A stretch of DNA of 63,163 nucleotides, filler included, from Diploschistes diacapsis (GCA_023645945.1; 23 parts of 23 records of this genome joined end to end with filler, not necessarily neighbours in it), one strand, 5' to 3'. Counted from the first letter of the whole stretch, positions 23,599 through 36,235 are shown. A program made the numbers and translations. The notes: generated from the letters alone by a model not told the origin.

Positions 23599-23866
23599 GG
23601 CAGGCTTGAAATGCCACAAGGAATACCCAGTAGAAATATGCCAGCGGCGAAATGCAAAAGTCTCAGCAGCCTAACCAAAATCCTTGTTGAAAAGAAAAAA
23701 AACAGATGAAAGAATTGAAGCCAGCAGTCTTCTGGAGGATAAGTCCAGTAGGTGCCCAGGAAACCACCCAAAGGGAAGGGGCCAACGACTCATGGACCGG
23801 GTAGCACATGTGACTTCCACAGAGTAACGAACAGGAGACTTAAATGTGTGCTATTTGCTGTAACGT

Positions 23867-25351
23867 TTAGAGTTTGTCCATGCTCGCTCGGGTACTAAGC
23901 TGCTCGTTCTTGTTCCCAAGCTTTGAAATATGTAAAAATTGGTCTGTCCCGTATCCCTCTAGACTATGAACGTCCAGACTTCCAGCCCAGTACTCAGCAT
24001 AAACTCGACTCATTGGAAGGCCCATACCAAGCTTCAAATCCGGAGGTCTAGAAGTCAGCGACCCCATAGAGTTACGGCCCAGTAACGAGTCGTCAATGGA
24101 AACATGCGTTAGCGAAGGCAGGTGGTTGAAGCTCAGCTCTTGCATGGTCGCAGCCATTTTGGGAACTTTGTTGAGATTTTGAAGGCGTGATTGACGCCGA
24201 GGTCCTTTACTAAAAGACCATAGATGCGGAAGAACATCTCGAGGAATCCCACCTCCTTGGTCTGAAATCCTGAATATAACATGCTGGGGGGCTTCACAGA
24301 CCAATACCCTGATAGGGGGCGGTGATAATGGGGAATCCTTCAAGTGATCGGTCACGGCTTGTACCGAATTTCGAAGCAACTCGCCAATGATGTATTCAAG
24401 ATGGCTCAGTATGTAAGGAAACGTTGCGCCTAGATGTCCCTGGAGCTCGATCTCCGGAACCCGGCAATCCGGACCATAAGCTTGTCGAATCAAGTGTTGC
24501 GCCAATTGGCCGCAGCGCAGCAGAACGTCGCCAGCATTGCATCTTAAGAAAACTTTTCCGACGAAGTCATTGCTTTCAAAGGAGCCATTGCCATCCTTTG
24601 CAGCGTGCGGGGAGTGGTACGCCTCACTCAAGGCCAAGTGGTGTTCAGCAATAAGTCGGCGTGAAATTCGCTACAACGTGTATCAGCGAAGCACTGCAGC
24701 CGAACGATGGCCTTGTACTCACCGACCTTAGAAGACTGTACATCAGCCTATCAATGTCTTCTGCCGGCATAAGGTCGCGGCATTCCAAAACCCCAATCGC
24801 AAGCTTTGGTATGATGGTCAGATGGTCCTCAAGCAGCTTCTTCACAAGCACACAATACTCTTGATTATCGTTGACCGTTCTCACCGGTCTCGCCTTCCGG
24901 AATGCTTCAAATGCACTGTAGTACAACTCATACACATGAGACATGTGCGGATTAGTCACTACTGCATATGGGAGCGATTGCAGATCCCGCAGCCGATGAG
25001 CCAGTCTTGAGGCCGTTAGAGACTGCATAGAACTGGGGAGTGCTTCTACCCTTCATACCGTATTGGAAGCTCCTCGCGCAAGTATTCTGCAGATGTCAGA
25101 AGTTTCTCAAGCGTAAGATTACGCGCAAAAAATGTCAATTGGCGTAGGCTGATGGGCCGAGCTTCCTTCTGAACCCATCTAGTAGATAGTATGTTAGTGT
25201 CCTGTTGTTGCTCTTCAAAGTGCAAGAAAGCAAAGTGAGCTTACTCGTCCAGCACCGTCGTGGGACGCCATGGAGGGATGGTTGAAGAGACATTTCTGTT
25301 CCCCGTAGGCCAGGCAGTCAAAGGGACGCGCCTGGGTATCCTGGTTTGCAT
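23867..25351 (-). CDS. Mitochondrial alpha-ketoacid dehydrogenase kinase (PDK/BCKDK family), 4 exons
   Basis: Spliced RPISLRQL, ELPIRLAHRLRDLQSLPY, RISRRLIAEHHLAL, N-box ELLRNS, G1 ISDQGGGI and GMGLPMSRVYAEYWAGSL..SLEGYGTD. Confidence 0.92.
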
Positions 25352-26296
25352 CTCTCGAACTTGCCATCCGGACTAAGGCTCAAGCTTCAATCAACAACAC
25401 GGCGGTCCATAGACAACACTCTGTAGATCAGGTAGGTCCCGAACATGCATCTTTGCTGGGTTTGAGTTTTTTGACCCAATAAAAGGTAAAAAGGCGAAGT
25501 GGCCCGAATCCTGGCTGCAGCCACTGCCACATACAGTATACAGTCAGTCCCTGCCCAGTCAGGTGAATAATAAATAAAATATTAATAATAACTGGCATGC
25601 CAAGCACCACTTTATGTTGTAATTGATCTGAAGCATCTTTTTTGATCTCTGGAGTAAGAGTATAATAGTAACATAATAATAGTATGAAAGTATAATAGTA
25701 TAATAGTATTAGTATAATAGGAGGGGGAGGCCAACCCCACCAAAGCTCAAAGCTAGACCTCTTAGCTTGACCTTGGCCAAGGCACGTAGACAAAGAGATA
25801 GAGACAGGAAGGAAGTGAACTGTTCGAACCTATCAGTAAGATCTTCATGAACTCAACCCGTAATGTAGCTTTAGTGTAGCTTTAGGACGCGGGTGAAGTC
25901 AAGTAGTACGTTAAGATCTACAACTTGTAAGACGTGGGTTGAAAGCCTTTCATCCAATAATTCGACAGATGCTCGATGACGAAGTTGTTTTACTCACACT
26001 GCTGCGACGCTGCTCTGCTCGTAGAACTGGCGACTTTCCCATTACACTCAAGTCTCCGTGAACTCTTGACCAAGCTTGACGATAATTAGGTGCTCCAAAA
26101 AGTTGTTACCATCAAGGCGTTTGCTGCGCTTTGAGATTTTGCTTGCGCCACAGAAGTCTGCATCGGTGTGGAAGCAGAATCTCGTGAGGTATTTCGCTCA
26201 AAAAGTGAACAACCCACTCTTGGATGTCTGGCCAGCGTATAGGTACCGTGGCCCAGAAAGGCAGGTTTCGAGAAGTTTGAGTATTCCTTAGCTGCC

Positions 26297-29200
26297 ATGG
26301 ATCCTGTATGAAGCTCATGACCTCCGCACATCCTCCGCCAAATTAGCTAATCTTGCGTGCCTGGGCAGGTCATGGGGAGTGATATGGTCACCGAGGATTA
26401 CGAGTTAGACGAGAAGCAGGACGTGGCTATTATCACACCTACCGAATCTCCGCAAGAACCGGAAGCGGAGCCCACAGCTGACGACTGTAAGCAAGGCACG
26501 ACAAGATTCAGGACATCTCGCTAACATCCACTAGACGAAGCTATTAAGAATCGTTATATGCCAGTTCTACCAGACTTAGAGGTCGAAGCCGAGGGCTACC
26601 ACACATGGACCATTGAGAATTACAGATCCTTGGCCAAGAAAGAGCATGGACCTATATTTGAAGTTGGAGGATATCCCTGGTATGAACAGCACACTCTGCC
26701 ACATTTCTAGCTCTCAAAGCTCATGCCTGGCTAGGAGAGTTCTATTATTCCCCTTTGGGAACAATGTCGATCACGCTTCTTTCTATCTTGAACAGGGCTT
26801 TGAAGAAAAACCACCAGAGAATTGGTACTCATGCGTACAATTCGTGCTCGTCCTCTGGAACAAGAACGACCCTTCAATCTTCCACCATCACAGTCAGCTT
26901 CTTTCTCACCTGATAAAGACGCTTCGCTGACTCGATCTAGCTGCCAATCATCGGTTCAATTCCGAGGAGGGTGATTGGGGCTTTACAAGGTTTGCGGAGC
27001 TTCGCAGGCTTTTTGCATCATCCTGGGAAGGTCGAAATCGGCCTATGGTCGAAAATGATGCTGTTAACGTTACAGCATATGTCCGAATATACAAAGATCC
27101 CACCGGAGTTCTGTGGCATAACTTCAATAACTATGACTCCAAAAAGGAGACGGGTCTCGTCGGACTCAAGAACCAAGGCGCTACGTGTTATTTGAACTCA
27201 CTTCTCCAGTCTCTGTATTTCACCAACTCTTTCCGCAAAGCGGTTTACCAGATCCCCACGCAAGATGAGACGAACAAATCAAACAGTGCTTGGGCATTGC
27301 AACGGTTGTTCCACCAGCTTCAAGCGAGCGACCAAGCAGTTTCCACCAGCGAACTCACTCTCTCGTTTGGCTGGGAAACGAAGCATATCTTTGAGCAGCA
27401 GGACGTCCAGGAACTCTCGCGGATCCTCATGGAGCGAATGGAAGAGCGAATGAAGGGTACCGAGGCGGAGAATGCCTTAGCCAAGATGTTCGTTGGAAAG
27501 ATGAAGACGTACATATCTTGCATCAATGTCGATTACGAATCCTCAAGGATCGAGGATTTCTGGGACATTCAGCTCAACGTCAGCGGAAACAAAAACCTGG
27601 ATGACAGCTTCAAGGACTACATACAGGTTGAGACTATGGATGGCGAAAACAAATACTATGCAGAGGGCTTTGGTCTACAGGACGCAAAGAAGGGTGTCAT
27701 CTTCGAGAGCTTTCCGCAGGTGCTGCATCTACAGCTGAAGAGGTTCGAATACGACATCAACAGAGATACGATGATGAAGGTGAACGACAGATACGAATTT
27801 CCCGAGTACTTTGATGCAACACCCTATCTATCGGCGACCGCAGACCGGTCAGAACCCTACGTCTACCAGCTGCATGGTGTTCTGGTCCACAGCGGCGACT
27901 TTAACGCGGGGCATTACTATGCTTTTATAAAGCCGCACAAGGACGGCTTCTTCTACAAATTCGACGACGACAGGGTTACTAGGGCGACACTCAAAGAGGC
28001 CTTGGAAGAGAATTTTGGCGGAGAATATCCGAACCTCGCAAACGGCAATCTGGGAATGCGAAATCCTTACACACGGACGGTTTCCACCAAACGTTCAATG
28101 AGTGCCTACATGCTTGTCTACATCCGGCAGTCGCGCGCAGACTCGATCCTGACGCCCGTTCCAGAAGAGGCTACCCCGGAGCATATTGCTAGGCAGCTAA
28201 GCGAAGAGAGAGCCGAGCTGGTACGCAGAAAGAGGGAACGGGAAGAGCAGCACCTGTACTTGTCGTGCGCTGTCATCTCTGACGACCAGTTCAAGAAATA
28301 TCAAGGTTTTGATCTAGCACTGTGGGATCCGGATCCTAACGTGGATTACACTCCCGATTTTCACCGCTTACTCCGAACTTCTACTGTCGAGGAGCTCTGT
28401 GGGAAACTCGGTGAAGCGAAAGGTCTACCCTCCGAGCGTGTCAGGCTTTGGGTGATGGTCAACCGGCAAAATAAAACATTCCGCCCAGATCAACCGTTGC
28501 TTGACCGAGCCGTGACCGTTGAAGAGGCGTTCAACAAGCACAGCGGTCGAGATAAGCAATTCCGGTTGTGGGTGGAGTTTGCGGATCAAGTGGAAGACCA
28601 AAAACCAATCTGGCCTGAAACTCAGGGACATCCTGGTGGAAACGTTCCAATCCTGGTCTTCTTAAAGTATTTCGATGTTGAAAAACAAACCCTTCTGGGC
28701 GTCGGACACGTATACGTCAAAAAGCATGCAAAGGTCTCCGAAATGCTACCAACCATCGCCGAGATGATGAATTGGCCTCAAGCGTCAATGCCCTCCCTTG
28801 CGCTATTCGAGGAAATCAAGCATTCAATGATCGAACCTATGAAGCCGAAAATGACGTTCCAGCAAGCTGAGATTCAAGACGGTGATATTATATGCTTTCA
28901 GAAGGAGCTTACAGAAGCCGAAGCCGCCAACGTACGGCACAGTGGCAACTACGCAAACACCAAAGAGTACTACGACTATCTTCTGAACCGAGTCAGCGTG
29001 CGGCTTATGCCGAGATTTCCGCAGAATACGCCTGGCGAAACATTCGATTTACCTGTGAGCCGAAAGCTAACATACGACCAGTTTGCTGCTCGGGTAGCCG
29101 AGAAGCTTCAAGCAGATCCAACTCATATAAGGTTCTTGACCGTGAACTCCTCCACCTCCAAGCCCAAAGCTACCGTGAAGCGAGGGCCAGCCCAAAGTTT

Positions 29201-30055
29201 GCATCAGATCCTCAATCCTCCATACACGTCCTACAACTTAAACCAGCGTAGTGACTCGTTGTTCTACGAGGTTTTGGAGATGAGCCTGAGCGAGTTGGAA
29301 ATGAAGAAAGCGCTAAAGGTGACGTGGGTCAGCGAAGGACTGGCCAAAGAAGTGAGCCGTTGGCAGCTGCAATGTGAGGAGTTGATTACTGACCGCTTGC
29401 AGGAAGCTTTCGAGCTCCTCGTCTCGAGGAGCGGCAACGTTGGAGACGTGTTGCTTGAGCTCAAGCGAAAAGCGAACCTTGACGACAGTACACTCTCCGA
29501 CGTCCGTCTTTACTGTGTTCTGAGCAACAAAATACAGAAAGAGATTGGAAACGATTATCCGGTCACGAGTATTATGGATCACCACAGTCTGGTAGCTCAG
29601 AAATTACCCAAGGAGGACTTGGAAGCGGCGGAAGGAAACCGTCCAATATACGCCTTCCATTTCGATAAAGAGCCAAGCAGGGCACACGGTGTCCCTTTCG
29701 TGTTCCATCTGAATCCAGTAGGTCGTTCATTTCTCGATTAGGAACACGGCTGATTTTTTAATAGAATGAGACCCTCAAAGACGCGAAGATACGGTTATCC
29801 AAGCGAACAGGTCTCAAAGGAAAGCAATTTGATAACATCAAATTTGCTCTTGTATCAAAAACCCCATACCTAAAGCCTCAGTATCTTAACGACGGTAAGA
29901 ACCGGCTGACGTTATTCCACCGGAGTCGGTGACGCTGACATGAAGCAGATGACGTCTTGATAGAAGTGGCCACTCCCGATTCTTTGCTTGGGTTGGATCA
30001 CGTAAATAAGGCGCGGACACAGTCCAGCAAAGGGGACTCGATATTCATTCGATAG
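26297..30055 (+). CDS. UBP15: Ubiquitin carboxyl-terminal hydrolase Ubp15/USP7 (MATH domain, UCH domain, UBL repeats), about 8 exons
   Basis: MATH motifs (GGYPWRVLLFP, DWGFTRF), Cys box GLKNQGATCYLNSLLQ, His box GVLVHSGDFNAGHYY and C-terminal LGLDH...SIFIR*. Confidence 0.95.
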
Positions 30056-30746
30056 TGCTTGGCGTTTCTTGGAGCTCTGGCCAAAACATTTCTGGAAGCG
30101 GAACATGACGAGCAACGTGAATGTATGCTGGTCATGAAGCCAACCTGGGAATGATGGCCTGGGAATGGATCCCAGCGCTGGTCCCAAACGTGTACATAAA
30201 GTGTGGAGTGGTGAGGTTGAGAGGATCACCATTTGAGGGGCGGTGAGGGGAGGCATGCATGCATGTTGAGGCGGAGGCGGAGTTAGAGTTTCCGCACACA
30301 GCTTGTAAAGTTCACTTGCTGTTGTTCCATGCAGTCAATTTTCAACTGATGCAAGCGACAGACCATAGTATTGACGAATGAAGCTGCCAGGGGCTCATCA
30401 AACATGCTTTACATTAACGAAGTGAAAGTTAAGAAACGGCCAGCAGCAGGCAGATGGCACACGGTAAAATAATCGCGATTGACGCAACCCCACCTCCTCA
30501 TCCAAAGAGACTTATGAACAAAGAACTCAAAGAAGCCCTGCCATTACCGCCCCGTTCACACAATGCACACAACTGTTTTTCCCAATCCCACACCCCCTTC
30601 CCCTTTTCACCTTCCGTCCATGTCGGGCCGGCACCACGCTCTCCCATCTCTCCTCCCCTTCCCGTCCTCCCTCGAACCTTTTTCTTTTTCTCCCGCCGGT
30701 GTTGTGTTCCCTTCCCTTCCCTTCCCTTCCCCCTTCGCACCTCCCC

Positions 30747-30900
30747 TCAAACGGTCCCGTACGTGGTCCCGCCCCGCTGCACGTTCTGGCTGTACACGCC
30801 CGGCGCCGGCCTCGTGACGACCTGGCCCTGCCGCAGCTTGTCGCGGCGGTCGTAGTACACCCACTCGAGGTAGAAGGCGTGGATGTGGCCGGGGAAGTAC
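30747..30900 (-). CDS. Last exon of a Pmp3/UPF0057-family proteolipid (5' part beyond the contig end; absent from the ORF track)
   Basis: After acceptor AACAG the exon reads GYFPGHIHAFYLEWVYYDRRDKLRQGQVVTRPAPGVYSQNVQRGGTTYGTV*. G.FPG.IHA.Y is the family signature. Confidence 0.8.
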
Positions 30901-31046
30901 CTGTTCGTTGTTCTGCCGTTAACCCTTTTATATATATATATATATANNNNNNNNNNNNNNNNNNNNNNNNNNNNNNNNNNNNNNNNNNNNTTAATTAATT
31001 AANNNNNNNNNNNNNNNNNNNNNNNNNNNNNNNNNNNNNNNNNNNN

Positions 31047-32152
31047 TCTTAATGTTTTAATTAATAAGAAATAGTCGATATCCCGTTGTCGTTTATTAAT
31101 AACGGAATTCGTGTTATATATTTTTTTAGTATTTTAAACGGTTATAATTATTAAAGCGTCGTTTATATCGTCCGTTATTTAAGAATCTTATATATTATAC
31201 GTTATTAACGTAACGTTAACGGGTACTATATGCGTAATCGGATTATTAATGACGTATATAACGCCCGTTATTGGCGTAATAAATTTTAATGTATTCGATT
31301 TAATAAATTTAGGTTTAAATTTAGGTCTAATTCTTTTCTTTAAAATTTTAACCCGCAAGAACCTCTTTATTAACCGTCGGTTACTATTATTTGGCTCGAG
31401 TTGATTATATGGAGTGGAAATAAGGGTTTTTAGGGTACTATGATCCTCGATAGGAGCAAATAATGAAAATTTAGTATAATTTAGTTGAACTTTTGTTTTT
31501 ATCGTTGATGCGTTTTTGGCGTGTATAATTAACCCGTCGTTGACGTGAGTAATTGACCCGTCGTTAACGTAAGTAATTGACCCGTCGTTGACGTAAGTAA
31601 TTGACCCGTCGTTGACGTGGGTAATTGACCCGTCGTTGACATTTTTAATATTAAATACTAGATCGTTGGCTGGACGTCCCGGTGGCTTTCGGATGGGTAT
31701 TACGTTGTTATCTTTTCTATAGCTTTCAGGTAGTTTTAGTTCTTAAAAAGTAAGTGTGAAGGTTAATACTACAGTGTGACAATAAGGTAGATAAATGGTT
31801 ATTCGGTGGCTAGGTCTCTGCTAAACGATAGATATATTAATGAAATAACTTCTAAAAAACTATCTCTATCTGCGAAAACTCTGTTCTTATACAAGAACAC
31901 GTTAGCGGGCCTTGGTATATACTTGACATACCTTCTAGTAGCCTCTTATTGGGTTCTGCGTATTATAATGATCTTTTTTTTTCCTAAGTTTTATTTTTAA
32001 AGCGTTTAATCCTCGTAACGTATCTTTATTATTAATTATACGATAATAGATTTCTAACATATCGTCAATCTTTTGTATTTTAATAATATTTGTTGAGCAG
32101 ACAGGCAGAATGCATGGCTGGGAAGTTCAGCTGAACCTCAAGTTCAGGTTCA
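31047..32152 (-). pseudogene. RIP-degraded, intron-containing coding relic of unknown type
   Basis: Minus-strand intron signals GTATGT...GCTAAC...AG near 31930-31890, and a reading-frame relic IRKPPGRPAND followed by 8-aa repeats. Confidence 0.35.
31527..31640. repeat. 24-bp tandem repeat, about 5 copies (TAATTGACCCGTCGTTGACGTRAG)
   Basis: Directly visible. Reads VNDGSIT(H/Y) on the minus strand. Confidence 0.92.
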
Positions 32153-32252
32153 NNNNNNNNNNNNNNNNNNNNNNNNNNNNNNNNNNNNNNNNNNNNTTAA
32201 TTAATTAANNNNNNNNNNNNNNNNNNNNNNNNNNNNNNNNNNNNNNNNNNNN

Positions 32253-32455
32253 GTTCATTTTTATAGATATCTTTAATTATTACTCGGGATCAATCTATAT
32301 TTATTATTTCTATCATTTAGAAAACCTTTTTTTTAGAAACAGTTTAAGACCTATGACTAATCTATCTTCTTCTCCTACCACACTCCTTTTCTAACAGAGA
32401 CCAAACCCACCTTGATCCTACTCGTGTATACCTTGTATAGATAGAGATCATAACA
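32253..32455 (-). mobile_element. LTR-C, 5' part (truncated by contig start)
   Basis: Ends GATAGAGATCATAACA on +, the reverse complement of the LTR-C start. Confidence 0.8.
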
Positions 32456-32666
32456 TTATATATAAGAATCTTCTTTTATTTTCGGAGCCTCGTTTGGATT
32501 AAATTTTATTATTAATAAGTCGATTTTTACGTTTTTTGTTCCGGGGCGATATTAGATCTTAAAATCGAATTATAATAGGAACTTTGTTTACCGGGCTTGC
32601 TTACGGTTTAGTTATTTGTTCGTGATAAAGTATTCGAGGGTTTTATGATCGGTTAATACTATAATG

Positions 32667-33358
32667 TGAGACAGATCAGCCCAGGCGCCTGCCAAGCCAC
32701 CAGGGTCCCATGACGACAGGGTCACATGACCACGGCAGGGTCACATGACGAGTCCCACAGGGGGATAGCCGCAGCCAGCCGTGCCAAGGATGTCAGGAGG
32801 TGGCTGTGTAGGCGGGTAGTACCCGAACCCCGTAGGGCTGGCACCCACACATTATTTATTCCTGTTATCCTTTCATTTAGATAGTTTCTTCTCTAGTTTT
32901 TCGAATCGAGACCTTTTATCTGTAGATGTTTAGCTAAACGTAATTCTTCCGGATCAGGCCTAGCCTCCGGTAGTGTATTATTTTATTCCTGCGTTGGCGT
33001 TTTATATTCGATAAGTTTACTTTATTTTCGTATTCGTGACGAGAGTTTAAAACGTTAATCGAATTAAATATTCGAGTGAGTTTATAATAACCGGAACTCG
33101 AAAGTATTATCTACCGATTTATTATGAATAATGGCTCTCGCTGATAAAAAGGATTAAAAGAAAAAAAGAGAATCGATAGTATTTTCGTTTTTTAAAGAAT
33201 TAACCGAGATGCTATCGATTAAAGAATACGATTTAACAAATAAATCGTTAGTTAAAGAATAATTTATAAAATATCCCGCGTTACGACAGTTATTTATATT
33301 CAAAACTTCCGAAAGATTTTGTTTGGCAACGTAATGGATATATTGAAGTCTAGAGGTC
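32667..33358 (+). mobile_element. LTR-A retrotransposon 5' end: 5' LTR (32667-33004), PBS, leader and degraded gag start
   Basis: TGAGACAGATCAGCCC...GGCGTTTTA. The downstream sequence is shared with 38955-39384. Confidence 0.85.
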
Positions 33359-33458
33359 NNNNNNNNNNNNNNNNNNNNNNNNNNNNNNNNNNNNNNNNNN
33401 NNTTAATTAATTAANNNNNNNNNNNNNNNNNNNNNNNNNNNNNNNNNNNNNNNNNNNN

Positions 33459-33972
33459 TATTTTTATTATATAATTCTTTATCAAATGTAATCGAATTAC
33501 GAAAGATTAATAAAGAATTTAATTAAACGTTGCGAGTCGTTTTAAAATTAATTAAATTGATTCGACGTTATTCGAGTCGAATAACCCGTATATTTAAATC
33601 GATATATATTAAGTTTATAACGTTTCATAAAAATAAACGAAAATAAAAAACGCTTTTTAGTAAATATAAAAAATATTAATTACATAAACGAATCGAATTA
33701 AAAGATCGTTTTATATTTAATATAAACGAAGTTTTTAAAATAGTAATTTAAATTAAATCGAGTCGGATAGTTTCGAAACGATTTATTACGCGTAAAAAAC
33801 GTCGTCGCGTTTCTAAAATCGAGAAAGATGAAAAAAAGGAAAATAGATTCGACTTAGATCGATTAGATTCTAATTAGGACGAATAGGTTATATCTAAAAA
33901 CCGTAAAATGTTGGCGGTAGTGATTTAAGGTGGCCGAGCTTTGGGGGTGGCCGAGCTGACAGTGAAACACGT
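33459..33972 (+). mobile_element. pogo/Fot1-like family D, 3' end with TIR (...GTGAAACACGT|TA)
   Basis: Transposase C-terminal relic KRIELKDRFIFN..EVFK. The TIR contains the direct repeat GGTGGCCGAGCT x2 and is followed by TA. Confidence 0.83.
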
Positions 33973-34113
33973 TATGCATAACGAGCGGACACTCATAGCA
34001 AACGGACATCCCATATGGGATTTTACGAACTTCCAACTTTTATATTAATTTTCTATGCGTACGATTATGGAATCATCTTTAATTAATAATAGAATCTTAA
34101 TAATACTTTAGGC

Positions 34114-34427
34114 TAGGCTGGCCGTTTCGTGCCACGGTCACTGACGCGGACACTACCGCGAAAATTTTCTCGCCACGGACACTTCCACGGACACTGCACT
34201 GCAGTAAAAGCACGGACACGGACACTACGGCTAAAATTTTTAAAACACGGATACTTCCACGGACACTGCACTGCAGTAAAAGCACGGACACGGACATTAC
34301 GGCTAAAAATTTTAAAGCACGAACACTTCTACGGATATTATACTGTAATAAATCTACCGAAATATTACCGTGAATCCACCGAAACACCGTAATAAAAAAA
34401 TAAAAGCGTAAAAAATAAACGTGATAA
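34114..34427 (+). mobile_element. TIR element family E, left end and array
   Basis: TAGGCTGGCCGTTTCGTGCCACGG start and ~72-bp units. Confidence 0.78.
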
Positions 34428-34564
34428 CATCACGAAAAGTTTTTGGCGGCGAAACACCGCGAAAATCCGCGAGGTTGGCGAAACTGGCGAAACCGGCGAG
34501 GTGGGCGACAGATAATGCGTTCAAGCGACTCGCCAACTTTCGCCAAAAGGTTTGGCGAAACACG
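34428..34564. mobile_element. One end of TIR element family F (CATCACGAAAAGTTTTT; TGGCGAAAC repeats), nested in E
   Basis: Reverse complement of ~37690-37828. Confidence 0.75.
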
Positions 34565-34664
34565 NNNNNNNNNNNNNNNNNNNNNNNNNNNNNNNNNNNN
34601 NNNNNNNNTTAATTAATTAANNNNNNNNNNNNNNNNNNNNNNNNNNNNNNNNNNNNNNNNNNNN

Positions 34665-35236
34665 TTTTGTATCGAAAATAAAAAAGACATCGCTATCCCA
34701 CGACTTAGGATTTTCTTTTATTTAGTATTTATTTTAATTTTTCGGTGCTTGTCGGGCCGATAAGATTAAAGGAAAGGGATAATATTATGATTTAAGATAT
34801 TAATCGATAGTATTTGGCACGCAATAATTAATCGGGTATTTTCCAATTATTTTTTATATATAGTTTAATCAGGGTGATACGGGTCACGTGATGAGTAAAA
34901 GGTCTAAAAGACCATTCTATTTAACTATAAATAGAAAGAAAGAACGGGAGTTTTATTTATTTATTTATTTACGTTATTAAGGGAGCTGTTAATTATATAA
35001 GAACGTCGCTATAATCTTTATAAGTTTAGGGCGTGTTTATTTTTATAGACATCCTTAGTTATTACTCGGGATTAATTTATATTCGTTATTTTTATCTTTA
35101 GAGAACTTTTTTTCTAGAGATAGTCTAAGATTTATAACTGCTCTATCTTCTTTTCCTGCCACACTCCTCTTCTAACAGAGACCAAACCTACCTTGACTCT
35201 ACTTGTGTATACCTTGTATAGATAGAGATCATAACA
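34665..35236 (-). mobile_element. LTR-C retrotransposon 5' end: 5' LTR (35236-34783), PBS and leader
   Basis: Full 454-bp reverse-complement LTR-C. The adjacent leader matches 10521-10630. Confidence 0.82.
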
Positions 35237-36235
35237 TATATACCGCTTGCGAGGCCTGTTACGGCGTTAAGAACGGATAACAGGCTTTCCTTTTATCGTT
35301 TATACGAGTTTATTTATAAACGTATCGTTTTTAATCGAGGATATCGTTGGAAACGTATTAAAAACTTACTCGGACGTATTGAAGATATATTTTAATATTT
35401 TGATCAAGAAGGTGTAAGAGGCGAAACATTAATGATAACGAAAAGCAAAAACGGACGACGAACGAAAAGTAAGAACGAACGGCGATAATAACTCGTTAAT
35501 AAGATTTATAATATAAATTAAAGAAATAAAAATTAAAAGATAAAAAAATAAGATATAAGAATATTATAAATAAAGTAAAAATATTATAATAAAACTAATA
35601 TTTAAATAAAAATATTATTAATTTAATAAATATTTAATTTATAAATAATCAACGTCGATATTGAAGTTTATTTATATTATAATTAATTATTAACGAATTT
35701 TAGAATATATATATAAAGACGAGAATAAGCTCGATCTATATAAAGGATCGAAATGATAACGATATAGATNNNNNNNNNNNNNNNNNNNNNNNNNNNNNNN
35801 NNNNNNNNNNNNNTTAATTAATTAANNNNNNNNNNNNNNNNNNNNNNNNNNNNNNNNNNNNNNNNNNNNGCATTAAGTAAGCCGATTTACTTTTTTCGAT
35901 TATTTTGAGATTAAGATTTAAATAATAATCATTAATACGAATTAAGTAAACAGCTTTAATTGTTAAATTATTTTCGATTATTAAACCGCTTTTAATACGA
36001 TCTAAATAATTATTTTTAATATAAGTTGAAGTTAAGTAATCTGTTTTAAGATCGTTTAAAAGTTTGTCGTTATTAATTAGCCCGTTTTTTTTAAGAGATA
36101 CGAGCTTTTAAGTTAATATTAGAATCTTGACCGAATTTTAATCGGTTTATGAATCGTGGATCAGAGTCTTTTTTATTAAAAAGAAATAGGATCTAATCGT
36201 TATTAAAATTACAATCGTTATAACTCCTTCCAGCA

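Noticed and set aside
31527..31640. 24-bp repeats as a CRISPR array
   Set aside because: Head-to-tail copies with no spacers, a eukaryotic context and no cas genes.
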